64,000 nt of DNA from an uncultured Leptospira sp. (GTDB taxonomy: Bacteria > Spirochaetota > Leptospiria > Leptospirales > Leptospiraceae), in assembly GCA_964571605.1 (NCBI GenBank), contig CAZNCS010000001.1, positions 4,098 through 68,097 of the forward strand, in the 5' to 3' direction. The position numbers and the translations under genes are program-made. The notes beneath the pieces were generated by a model, which worked only from the letters and a program-made list of their open reading frames with translations, was not told the origin of the DNA and did not search any database. Every line of letters starts with the position of its first letter. The stretch's first letter is position 1. Shown here piece by piece: positions 23,304-32,136 of this stretch.

Positions 23304-23627
23304 TGCTCCCTCCTGCTTTTTTATTCGAGCCGTTTATACCTATCTTTGTTCGGATATGACTATACAACAACCTAATTCGTTAATATTTGCGCCGGTTTTT
23401 GAATTCGACGATGTTATACCGTTTATTTCCTGAACTGCTGGAGTTTTTTTGATAATCGATATGAGACTGGATCGGTTCTTCTTTCGGCGCGTTTTATTTT
23501 TTAAATTCGCATATTGAATTATAATATTTATATATAATGAAATATTGAAATAATTAATCGAAGGGTAAATTTGTCAGTTTTTCGGCGACCGGCTTGACAG
23601 ATCGTTTTTGCGGGCTATTGTCTGAGT

Positions 23628-25622
23628 ATGCTAATTATAATTTTAAGCCAAATTTCCGATTCCGGCCAAGTCCTCATATGGCCAGAATTTTCTTGGGTTT
23701 CACTCGTGCAGGGTGTAACTTTTCTAACCTTCCTTTTTGCAATCGTCTTTCTATTTCAAAAAGTCGTCCGCGTGCGAAATCAACGTATTCATGCCTATCG
23801 AGAAATGATTTTGGCCAAACTCAATCTGAGGGCCTTTTACAGTAAAGATGTGATTCTACTTCATGAGTTTTTGCACCATGTTACTTATTCTAGGCTCAGG
23901 AAGATGGCCGAGGTAACATCCTGGTATTCCGAGTATTTTATTCCTCAATTCCTGGAGTTTATAGGGAATCATACCAATCTTCCTGCTTGGAAGTGTATCT
24001 TGTTAGTTCAAACATTGGATCGTTCTACGAATGTTTCAGGAGATTCTTCCGAGAAATACTTAACCGGTATTTTGCAGATCAACACAAAGGAGAATGTTCC
24101 GATCGTACTAGAATGCCCTGGGATGGATGCAGATTCCGTCGACAGAAGGATTCCTGCAAAAATATACGCGAAGAGGGGAGCCGATTTGCTTTCCCATATG
24201 AAAAACCCAAAAGTGCAGTTATATTTCAGGAAAGAGAATCATATCTGGTTCAGATCTAATGCTGTATTGCGTTTTTATAAAGATACGAATCTAACTCTCC
24301 AGATTAAAAGTGCTCCAGAAGAGGACGCGATAAAGACAAAAGAATGGGTAGATTTAGTTCGGGAGAAAAAATTCATAGAACCTAAATCACAGCCGAGCCC
24401 TAAAAATTCGGATGTATTCTTAGAGGAATACATGGATAGTATTTCTCAAATCCTTGCTTATTCGGGGTTACAGCAGAATATTTGCGGACAGATAAGAAAT
24501 CTGGTAAAAACGTATAAGGAACATCCGGGTTATATTCGCAGAGAACATAAACAAGAAGATTATAAAATACTAATTCGACTGTACAAGGCGTGTTTTGTGA
24601 AATTTCGCTCCCAAACCGAAAATGTCCCTAAACCGGTCCTTCTGTTTATGTATTTCTTCTTCTTGGACGAAACTTTGGTATCCAATAAAAGAATCATTGA
24701 TTTGGAAGCCTCGATTGCGGTATTAAAATCAGCTTCTCCTATGCTTCCTAATTCAGGAGTAAAAATTTCGATCCATCTTCTTCCGGATTGGTTGAATTTG
24801 GTGCTTGGTGGAAAAAAGAATCCATCTAAGAATCAAATGGGGCAAAGTTACGATCAGGTACAAAAGTCTAAACTTCTCTGGAACCAAGGGGAAGAGGTGA
24901 AAAATTTAAGAGATAAAGAATATCTATTACGTCTTTTGGATTGGGAACTGGATAGTTTACTCTATACTGGATTGCTCGGGATTTCCTTAAATCCAAATCT
25001 CTCCTACCCGATTTTGTCAGAAGATCGATTTTATGGAAACACGGAAGCGAGCCTTTTATATCCCCGTAAAATTTCATCCAGCGTCGAACAAGTTTTAAAG
25101 ATGGATGCAGGCTTATTCAACCGGTTGGTATGTGTAACTTCTCCTTTAAATACAAATCAACAGGATTGGATACGTAAAGAGTTTTTTGCCGATTGTATTC
25201 TACTGCCGTATGCAGGAGATCGCGGAGTATTGTGGCAGGAAACCTCGGATGGAAATCTGGCCCGAAGTAGGCTTCTGTTTCCTACGGTTTTTAAGGAGAA
25301 TATCGGTCTTGCTGTTACAAAAACATTAGGCGAGTTTCGCTGGGAGACGGAAAGGACTTTTCGCGGAAGAAAGTGGAAAGACTCTTTGCCGGTGACTCTG
25401 ACTTCTCAATATAACGAGTATTTGGAAATGTTCCAGAAAGATCCCGACCTAACATCCGAGGCGAAAAAGAAGGTGGAACAACAATGGTCAAACGTTAGGC
25501 GGAACATTAAAGATATGTTTAGTGTAGACTATGCCAATTGGATTCTTTATGAAGTGGTAGGGAAACCTAGACTGAATCGAAACGCTCGCGAAATCCTTAC
25601 CCGCTTTGTTCCCACGAATTAG
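23628..25622 (+). CDS. Uncharacterised 664-aa protein with N-terminal membrane anchor
   Basis: Long ORF with normal composition, one TM near the N-terminus, followed by a terminator. Confidence 0.75.
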   Translation: MLIIILSQISDSGQVLIWPEFSWVSLVQGVTFLTFLFAIVFLFQKVVRVRNQRIHAYREMILAKLNLRAFYSKDVILLHEFLHHVTYSRLRKMAEVTSWYSEYFIPQFLEFIGNHTNLPAWKCILLVQTLDRSTNVSGDSSEKYLTGILQINTKENVPIVLECPGMDADSVDRRIPAKIYAKRGADLLSHMKNPKVQLYFRKENHIWFRSNAVLRFYKDTNLTLQIKSAPEEDAIKTKEWVDLVREKKFIEPKSQPSPKNSDVFLEEYMDSISQILAYSGLQQNICGQIRNLVKTYKEHPGYIRREHKQEDYKILIRLYKACFVKFRSQTENVPKPVLLFMYFFFLDETLVSNKRIIDLEASIAVLKSASPMLPNSGVKISIHLLPDWLNLVLGGKKNPSKNQMGQSYDQVQKSKLLWNQGEEVKNLRDKEYLLRLLDWELDSLLYTGLLGISLNPNLSYPILSEDRFYGNTEASLLYPRKISSSVEQVLKMDAGLFNRLVCVTSPLNTNQQDWIRKEFFADCILLPYAGDRGVLWQETSDGNLARSRLLFPTVFKENIGLAVTKTLGEFRWETERTFRGRKWKDSLPVTLTSQYNEYLEMFQKDPDLTSEAKKKVEQQWSNVRRNIKDMFSVDYANWILYEVVGKPRLNRNAREILTRFVPTN

Positions 25623-25678
25623 ACCGTGAAAAAATAAGCTGTTTGTTCGTTAGGAATAAAAAGTAACGATCTTAACCT

Positions 25679-25709
25679 AAAAAACGAGGGATAGAGTCTC
25701 TCGTTTTTT
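25679..25709. terminator. Bidirectional intrinsic terminator
   Basis: AAAAACGAGGGAT-AGA-GTCTCTCGTTTTT between convergent genes. Confidence 0.65.
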
Positions 25710-25729
25710 ATTATTAGGAATTAAGTCGA

Positions 25730-26374
25730 TTATAGATTGATCGTTTTGTTTTGATTCGTATGTTGAGAACGTTCTTCCTGCAATTCTTTCCAACCTAGAT
25801 AAACGTTTCCAAGTCCGGAAATAAAAAATCCAGTTCCTGTCCATATTAGAATTGTAAAAATCCCGATGAGTGGGAAGAAAAGAATGCCGACCCCAAAGAG
25901 TAAGGTTATTATTCCTATAAACATACTCCAGCCCCAGGGATACGATTTATAAACCCGGATATCGAAAGAGAAGGAAATAAAAGCTGTGGCGCGAAAGAGT
26001 AATAAAAATCCAAATACAAAAGGGAGTGTGGCCGCTGTGATTTCGGGATGTAGGAAGAGGAGTGTTCCCACAATCAAATCCAGAATTCCGAGGGTTAAAT
26101 TCCATCCTAAAATTCCGGGGTTTTTCCTATTATAAAAAGCAAAAGTAATTTGGGCGACTCCTGTCACAGCAAGCAGAATGGAAAAGGCTAGTGCAATTCC
26201 AAGATAACTTTGAGCCGGAAAAAGAAGTGTAAAGAATCCCGCTCCGACCCAAATTAGCCCGACAAGAATATGTAGCCACCAATGTTGAGTGTCTTTGAAA
26301 ATGCTAGAAGGCATAAAACCCGTCCTTTTCGTTTGTAATACTTTAATATATTCTGCATTAGGCCGACCTTCCAT
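25730..26374 (-). CDS. HdeD/DUF308 family membrane protein (start may be ATG 26314)
   Basis: WWLHILVGLIWVGAG, two DUF308-like halves, six TMs. Confidence 0.85.
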   Translation of the reverse strand: MEGRPNAEYIKVLQTKRTGFMPSSIFKDTQHWWLHILVGLIWVGAGFFTLLFPAQSYLGIALAFSILLAVTGVAQITFAFYNRKNPGILGWNLTLGILDLIVGTLLFLHPEITAATLPFVFGFLLLFRATAFISFSFDIRVYKSYPWGWSMFIGIITLLFGVGILFFPLIGIFTILIWTGTGFFISGLGNVYLGWKELQEERSQHTNQNKTINL

Positions 26375-26405
26375 TCTTTTTCAATTTTAATTGAATTTCA
26401 AAATA

Positions 26406-26419
26406 TTGATAAATGTCTG
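26406..26419. promoter_or_regulatory. FNR-like box upstream of the hdeD-like gene
   Basis: TTGAT-AAAT-GTCTG, 13/14 identical to the box at 44346. Confidence 0.4.
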
Positions 26420-26511
26420 AGTTCTCGTAATTTTCGATTGTTTTCATTTTGGATTTCCGGAATCCTTATTAGTGCGAGAAGAACTAAGAAGAATTGATAA
26501 CGGGTTAAAGG

Positions 26512-27972
26512 ATGGATTTTAATAAAGACGCCGCTTCCGAAATAGATAAAAAACTAAAGGAAGTCCAGCGTATCAATCAATCGCTTCAGGAAAGTGAAGC
26601 TCGGATGCGAAAAGTTTTGGAGAATATGCCGATTCTTTTTTTAGCAGTGGACGATGCGTTTCGTACGGTTTCTTGGAATCACGAATGTGAAAAAGTGATC
26701 GGATATTCTGAAGAGGAGGTTATCGATAAAGAGAACTTCTTAGTGAATCAATTTTTGCAACGTCAGAAAACGGGTGATTCTCCTTTGGACCCTAAAGTTC
26801 TGGAACCCGATTTTAAGAATTGGGAACTTGAATTGGCTTCGAAGGACGGTAAAACAAAAACAATTTCCTTGTCCAATATCTCTTCCGAATATCCTCTTCC
26901 CGGTTGGAATAAATGGTTCATAGGAGTGGACATCACTCGCACCAAGGAGATTGAAAGAGACTTAAAAAGTTCTCTTAAAGAACTTTCCGATTTTCAGACT
27001 GCGTTAAATGCAGTCTCGATCGTAGCAATCACGGATAAAGTCGGAACGATCATCTATGTGAATCAAAACTTCTGTGATATCAGCGGCTATTCTAGGGACG
27101 AACTTCTGGGACAAAACCATCGAATCATCAACTCCGGCTATCATCCGAAGGAATTTTTCAAAGATCTTTGGAAGACGATTTCTCGAGGGAAAATATGGAA
27201 AGGAGAGATCAAAAACCGAGCCAAAGACGGTAGATTCTATTGGGTGGATACTACCATTTCCCCCATTTTGGACGAATTTGGAAAACCGTATCAATTTTTG
27301 GCGATTCGAAACGATATTACCGAGAGAAAGGCGACCGAAGAAAAGGCTCGGCATGCGGAGAATAATTTAAAAACACTCCAGGACAGAATGAGTCCTCATT
27401 TCCTCTTCAATACATTAAGTATTATTCATTCTTATTTGCAAACGAATCCGGAACTTGCGGACTCTGCGATTCTTATGCTCGCGGATAATTATCGGTTTCT
27501 AACGGACCATGCGGGTCAACAACTCGTTTCTTTCGATATAGAATGGGAGTTTATGGAAAATTATTTAAATCTGTTAAAATTGAGATTTTCGGATTTTATA
27601 GAAGTGGAAATTACTAAGGAAGGGAATTTTCGAAAATGCCAACTTCCTCCTCTAACATTACAACCTTTAGTGGAAAACTCCTATATTCATGGCTTGCGCA
27701 ATAAAAAAGGCAAAGGGAAAATTTCCGTAAATGCGTTTATAGAAGGGGATAAAACCAGCATTATAATACGCGATAATGGAATCGGAATTAATCCGGAAAA
27801 TTTTCATTCTAGAACACTTTCGAATATATCGGAACGGTTGAAATTTTATCTTTACGAATCCGAAGTAAAAATTGAAAACCACCCTGAAGGCGGGGCGGTA
27901 GTCACAGTAACCTTTGACAAACCGAAAAACGAAAAGTTAGGCGATATAGTAATGTATGACCGATCAGAATAG
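26512..27972 (+). CDS. Cytoplasmic LytS-type (His_kinase) sensor with two PAS domains
   Basis: Second PAS LWKTISRGKIWKGEIKNRAKDGRFYWV; H-box MSPHFLFNTL; LQPLVENSYIHG; DNGIG. Confidence 0.9.
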   Translation: MDFNKDAASEIDKKLKEVQRINQSLQESEARMRKVLENMPILFLAVDDAFRTVSWNHECEKVIGYSEEEVIDKENFLVNQFLQRQKTGDSPLDPKVLEPDFKNWELELASKDGKTKTISLSNISSEYPLPGWNKWFIGVDITRTKEIERDLKSSLKELSDFQTALNAVSIVAITDKVGTIIYVNQNFCDISGYSRDELLGQNHRIINSGYHPKEFFKDLWKTISRGKIWKGEIKNRAKDGRFYWVDTTISPILDEFGKPYQFLAIRNDITERKATEEKARHAENNLKTLQDRMSPHFLFNTLSIIHSYLQTNPELADSAILMLADNYRFLTDHAGQQLVSFDIEWEFMENYLNLLKLRFSDFIEVEITKEGNFRKCQLPPLTLQPLVENSYIHGLRNKKGKGKISVNAFIEGDKTSIIIRDNGIGINPENFHSRTLSNISERLKFYLYESEVKIENHPEGGAVVTVTFDKPKNEKLGDIVMYDRSE

Positions 27973-28690
27973 AGAATGGAGAACGTTAATCGGAGAGGCC
28001 GCGGCTCCAACCAGAAAGCTTTTAGTAAGTTACTGTTTGACTCGACCGGAGCTGCGATTGACAAAAGTCGCTAAAGATGGAGAAGAAGCATTAGAATATC
28101 TGCAATCGGAAGAGATAGATCTTGCCTTCCTCGATATCAATCTTCCTTTACTTTCCGGTTTGGAAATTCTCGAAAAATTGGAAAATCCGCCGTACATTAT
28201 TTTTATCACAGCTTCGCGAGATAAGGCGATCGAAGCGTTCGAATTGGGAGCAATCGATTATTTATTAAAACCTTTTTCCAAAGATAGATTTTTTAAATCC
28301 GTCGATCGTTCCATACAATTTTTGGAAAAGAAGGAGGAAAAAACCTCAGGTAATATTTTCAATGAGCACGGGCTTTTTATTTTAGAAAAAGAAAATCATT
28401 TTTTAGTCCCTTATAAGGAGATTAATTATATTTCCTCGAGAGATAATTTCAGTGTAGTTCATACGGAAGAGAGAGAATATGTTACTTACAAGTCGCTGAA
28501 AAGTTTGGAAATGAAACTCCCTCCGTCTAAGTTTATTAGAATTTATAAACAGTATATTATAAACTTGGAAAAATTATCGCATCTCCAAACCGATAATATG
28601 GGGAACTATTCCGTTTATTTGAAAGACGAGGACGAAACTCAATTGCCGGTCGGTCGCAAATATATTTCTAAAATCAAAGAATTACTTTGA
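27956..28690 (+). CDS. LytTR family response regulator with atypical acidic pocket
   Basis: FLDINLP, FITAS, DYLLKPF; LytTR FIRIYKQYIINL and LPVGRKY; overlaps the kinase. Confidence 0.9.
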   Translation: MTDQNREWRTLIGEAAAPTRKLLVSYCLTRPELRLTKVAKDGEEALEYLQSEEIDLAFLDINLPLLSGLEILEKLENPPYIIFITASRDKAIEAFELGAIDYLLKPFSKDRFFKSVDRSIQFLEKKEEKTSGNIFNEHGLFILEKENHFLVPYKEINYISSRDNFSVVHTEEREYVTYKSLKSLEMKLPPSKFIRIYKQYIINLEKLSHLQTDNMGNYSVYLKDEDETQLPVGRKYISKIKELL

Positions 28691-28748
28691 TTTTTTCCCG
28701 CTAGATTCGCCGTTTATCCTTTGTTTCCGCCTAATACGTAGTCGGGAA

Positions 28749-28777
28749 TTGACTTTCCAATTTTCCGCTTTTATACT
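28749..28777 (+). promoter_or_regulatory. Sigma70-type promoter
   Basis: TTGACT, 17-nt spacer, TATACT, about 80 bp upstream of ATG 28859. Confidence 0.7.
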
Positions 28778-28858
28778 TTCCATCAAAAGATTTCGTTTAC
28801 GTTCCGCAATACAATCCAAAGCGGTCTGTTAGAAACGCGATCCGAATGGATTGATTGA

Positions 28859-30247
28859 ATGAGCGACAATACTAAAAAATTAGCAACGATACAGTTTCTT
28901 GGAGGAGCCGGAAGTGTGACCGGTTCCAAATATCTAATTCAAGCCTTTGGAAAAAAGATCCTAGTAGATTGCGGCCTCTTCCAAGGTGAGAAACAATTGA
29001 GGTTATTGAATTGGGATGCTCCTCCATTCGAATCATCTTCGATCGATGCTGTTTTACTGACCCACGGGCATTTGGACCATTGCGGTTATCTCCCTCGGAT
29101 TGTGAAGGAAGGGTTTAAGGGACTTATTTTTGGCACGGATCCTACATTAGATATAGCAAATATAGTTTTAAAGGACAGCGCCAAATTACAGGAGGAGGAC
29201 GCGTATTATGCGAATAAAGGCGGCTATTCCAAACATAAACCGGCGTTCCCTCTTTATGATTCCAAAGACGTAGAGAATACCGTTCCTTTATTCCGATCCG
29301 CAGAACTCAATACTTGGATTTCTCTTAATTCTGATATTAAATTTCGATTTCGATACAACGGTCATATCTTGGGCGCCAGTTTTATTGAGATACAAATCGG
29401 TAAGAAAAAATTGGTCTTCTCGGGAGATATCGGAAGGGATACGGATCGGCTTTTATACGCACCTCAGAAACCGGAGGAGGCCGATATTCTTTTGATCGAA
29501 TCCACATATGGGAATCGAATCCATAGGGGAAATCCGGAAAAACGCCTGATTCAGCTTGTGAATCAATACGCAGAGTCGGAAGGATCGATTATCATTCCCA
29601 GTTTTGCGGTCGAGAGGTCTCAACTTCTGATGTTCCTTCTTTGGAAATTTCGCAAAGAAAAAAGAATCGCAGATATTCCGATCTATATGGATTCCCCGAT
29701 GGGCTTAAATGTTTTCGACGTATTTCAAAAATATGGCGCGGAATGGCATAAACTAACCACCGCCGATTGTAAACAAATCAGCAAAGAAATTATCTGCGTC
29801 ACCGATTCTGGAAAAACAAAAAAAATCGCAAGCGAGAAAGGTCCGAGAATCGTGATTGCAGGAAGCGGAATGGCAACAGGAGGCAGGGTCCTTTCTTATT
29901 TAGAACATTCCCTTGGAGATCCGGAATCTCTTGTGCTTCTCGTAGGTTACCAAGCTTTCGGAACTCGGGGGCGAAATCTTTTGGAAGGAAATACTGAAAT
30001 AAAAATTCGAGGTAAATTCTATGAGGTTCGATGCGAAGTGCAAAGTATAGACGGACTTTCCGCACACGCCGACCAAAAGGAACTTTTAGCATGGATGTCC
30101 GAATTGAATCGAGCTCCAGAGAAAGTTTGTATCGTTCACGGAGAAAAGGATGCCTCTTCCATGTTGGCGTCTAAAATCCAAAAAACCTATAATTGGAATA
30201 CTCTCATTCCAGTCAGAAACGAAGTTTTAGAATTCGAAACCCTTTGA
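28859..30247 (+). CDS. MBL-fold metallo-hydrolase, beta-CASP/RNA-specificity type
   Basis: GGAGSVTGS, VDCGLFQG, THGHLDH, ESTYG, SGMATGGR, SAHADQ, VHGE. Confidence 0.92.
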   Translation: MSDNTKKLATIQFLGGAGSVTGSKYLIQAFGKKILVDCGLFQGEKQLRLLNWDAPPFESSSIDAVLLTHGHLDHCGYLPRIVKEGFKGLIFGTDPTLDIANIVLKDSAKLQEEDAYYANKGGYSKHKPAFPLYDSKDVENTVPLFRSAELNTWISLNSDIKFRFRYNGHILGASFIEIQIGKKKLVFSGDIGRDTDRLLYAPQKPEEADILLIESTYGNRIHRGNPEKRLIQLVNQYAESEGSIIIPSFAVERSQLLMFLLWKFRKEKRIADIPIYMDSPMGLNVFDVFQKYGAEWHKLTTADCKQISKEIICVTDSGKTKKIASEKGPRIVIAGSGMATGGRVLSYLEHSLGDPESLVLLVGYQAFGTRGRNLLEGNTEIKIRGKFYEVRCEVQSIDGLSAHADQKELLAWMSELNRAPEKVCIVHGEKDASSMLASKIQKTYNWNTLIPVRNEVLEFETL

Positions 30248-30368
30248 TTTTTCACCCTGTAAATCCGCCGAAAATCGTTCCAATCCGCGGCATACCTCGG
30301 CGGCCATTGACGGACTTCGTTTTCCTTCGTATGATTTAAACATCCAAATAATAGGGGATAAAAGAACA

Positions 30369-31049
30369 ATGATGATGACTGCAATGAAACCACAAGTTAG
30401 CGAATCTACTTTTTTTGATCGCAAACCGATATTCAAAGAGCTTGCTATTTCAGAGTCCAATGCTCGATTTACGCGGAAACAAGTTCCTAAGAATACGATT
30501 CTTTTTTCGGAAGGAGATCCGGCCACAGGGTTTTACATCGTCGAAAAAGGTTCCCTTCGTTCCTATCGTTCTTCCGGAATAGGCAAACAGCAAACCTTTC
30601 AAATTTATACCCCAGGGGCTTGGCTCGGGTTAAGAGATACGGTTTCCGGAGAAACGTATTTGCACCACGCGATTGCACTTGAGGACTCCGTTGTTCTTTT
30701 TGTGGAAGAAGCGGAGCTCAATCGACTCTTAATTTGTGATTCGGAATTCCAAAAGACCATTTTTCGTCAAGTTGTCAAAGATTCGATCGAGGCGGAGAAC
30801 AAAATATATTCTCTTGGAACCAGGCAAGTTCACGCGAAACTCGCAGAGTTTCTATTGCAGTCCAGAAAGTTCCAAACGGGAGATGTGGATCTTCCTTTTA
30901 CACGCGAGGTGATGGCATCGATCATTGGAGTGACTACGGAAACTTTAGTGCGAGCCTTAACCGACTTGAAAAACAGGGGATGGATCGATATCGATAAACG
31001 TAAAGCATTCATAAAGGATGAGTTGGCACTTCGTAAGTTATTGGATTGA
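30369..31049 (+). CDS. Crp/Fnr family regulator without the 4Fe-4S cysteines
   Basis: LFSEGD, IVEKGSLR, HTH FTREVMASIIGVTTETLVRAL; only one Cys. Confidence 0.9.
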   Translation: MMMTAMKPQVSESTFFDRKPIFKELAISESNARFTRKQVPKNTILFSEGDPATGFYIVEKGSLRSYRSSGIGKQQTFQIYTPGAWLGLRDTVSGETYLHHAIALEDSVVLFVEEAELNRLLICDSEFQKTIFRQVVKDSIEAENKIYSLGTRQVHAKLAEFLLQSRKFQTGDVDLPFTREVMASIIGVTTETLVRALTDLKNRGWIDIDKRKAFIKDELALRKLLD

Positions 31050-31083
31050 ACATCGGGCTCGAAGCTAATTTGGCATAAATAGA

Positions 31084-31755
31084 ATGGTCGAAAATTATGA
31101 GGGCAAACAATTTACTTTTCAGATAAACAGAATCGAGCTTAGTGGCGATTTATTTGTATCTGAGAACTCGAAATCTCTAGTAATTTTGGTTTTAGGAGAA
31201 AAAGAGGATAAGTTTTTAGATCGATTTAAAGGTTTAAAACTGGACCTGAATAAAAAAAACATAGCCACTCTTTTTTTGAAAGGATTACTAACTTCGGAAG
31301 AGAGGGAAGTTTCCGCAAATCGTTTGGACGAATCGCTTTTGGGCGACAGACTTGTTTCCGTAACACGTTTTCTTAGGACCTATTCAGAGACTAAAGACCA
31401 TAGAATTTCTTATTTGAGCTTATCCACCATAGCAGGAAGAATATTTCGTGCCGCATCTATCCTAATCGGCGAAGCGGAAAGTTTGATTCTAATTGGAAAC
31501 GGACTCCAACCTTTAAATTTCGTTTTTTGTAAAACTCCTATTTTGAATGTAGTTGGAGGTTTGGATTTCCGCGGTATCGAATCGAATAAGCTAGTCCTTT
31601 CCAAAATAGATGCACCCTTAAAAATAATCCATTCCATCCAAGGATCCCCGAGCAATTTTGAAGAAAAAGAAAAATGGTCTCTTGTTTCTTCTGCGATTCA
31701 GAAATGGTTTTCTTCTCCGACAACAAGAATGACCGACTTTACCTCGGAAGGCTGA
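31084..31755 (+). CDS. Degenerate dienelactone-hydrolase-like alpha/beta protein
   Basis: LSGDLFV, GLLTSEE, LGDRLVSVT, PILNVVGGLD; catalytic motifs are altered. Confidence 0.55.
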   Translation: MVENYEGKQFTFQINRIELSGDLFVSENSKSLVILVLGEKEDKFLDRFKGLKLDLNKKNIATLFLKGLLTSEEREVSANRLDESLLGDRLVSVTRFLRTYSETKDHRISYLSLSTIAGRIFRAASILIGEAESLILIGNGLQPLNFVFCKTPILNVVGGLDFRGIESNKLVLSKIDAPLKIIHSIQGSPSNFEEKEKWSLVSSAIQKWFSSPTTRMTDFTSEG

Positions 31756-31766
31756 TTTGTATAAAA

Positions 31767-31790
31767 AAGCTCTCTTTGGAAAGAGAGCTT
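31767..31790. terminator. Bidirectional intrinsic terminator
   Basis: AAGCTCTCTTT-GG-AAAGAGAGCTT between convergent genes. Confidence 0.7.
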
Positions 31791-31822
31791 AGAGTTAGCT
31801 TTTTATGAATCCTCTCGGATAT

Positions 31823-32035
31823 TTATTTTTTTGCGGGACAGGTATTCCACCCGAATAATGAGTATAAAGGACAAAAGCCGAGTAGTCCCGTTAATAAAGG
31901 AACTAGTCCAAATACCATCAGACCGGTACCAACCAAGCCCTGCGTCATGACGCCCATAATAATCAATACCAATCCGGCTAAAATTCGGGCGGCTCTATCT
32001 AGATTTCCTAAGTTTAATTTCATGGAAACCTCCAT
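31823..32035 (-). CDS. DUF2892 (YgaP-like) small membrane protein
   Basis: NLGNLDRAARILAG and LLTGLLGFCPLYSLFGWNTC. Confidence 0.9.
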   Translation of the reverse strand: MEVSMKLNLGNLDRAARILAGLVLIIMGVMTQGLVGTGLMVFGLVPLLTGLLGFCPLYSLFGWNTCPAKK

Positions 32036-32109
32036 AATATCTTTAGTTATTATTATCCATCGTATCGAAAATAGTAAGTCGTTTATGGTTTTGGATATTG
32101 AAAAACGTA

Positions 32110-32123
32110 CTGATAATTATCAG
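32110..32123. promoter_or_regulatory. FNR-like palindrome upstream of DUF2892
   Basis: CTGAT-AATT-ATCAG, perfect 14-bp palindrome. Confidence 0.55.
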
Positions 32124-32136
32124 GCAAAAACGGGGT

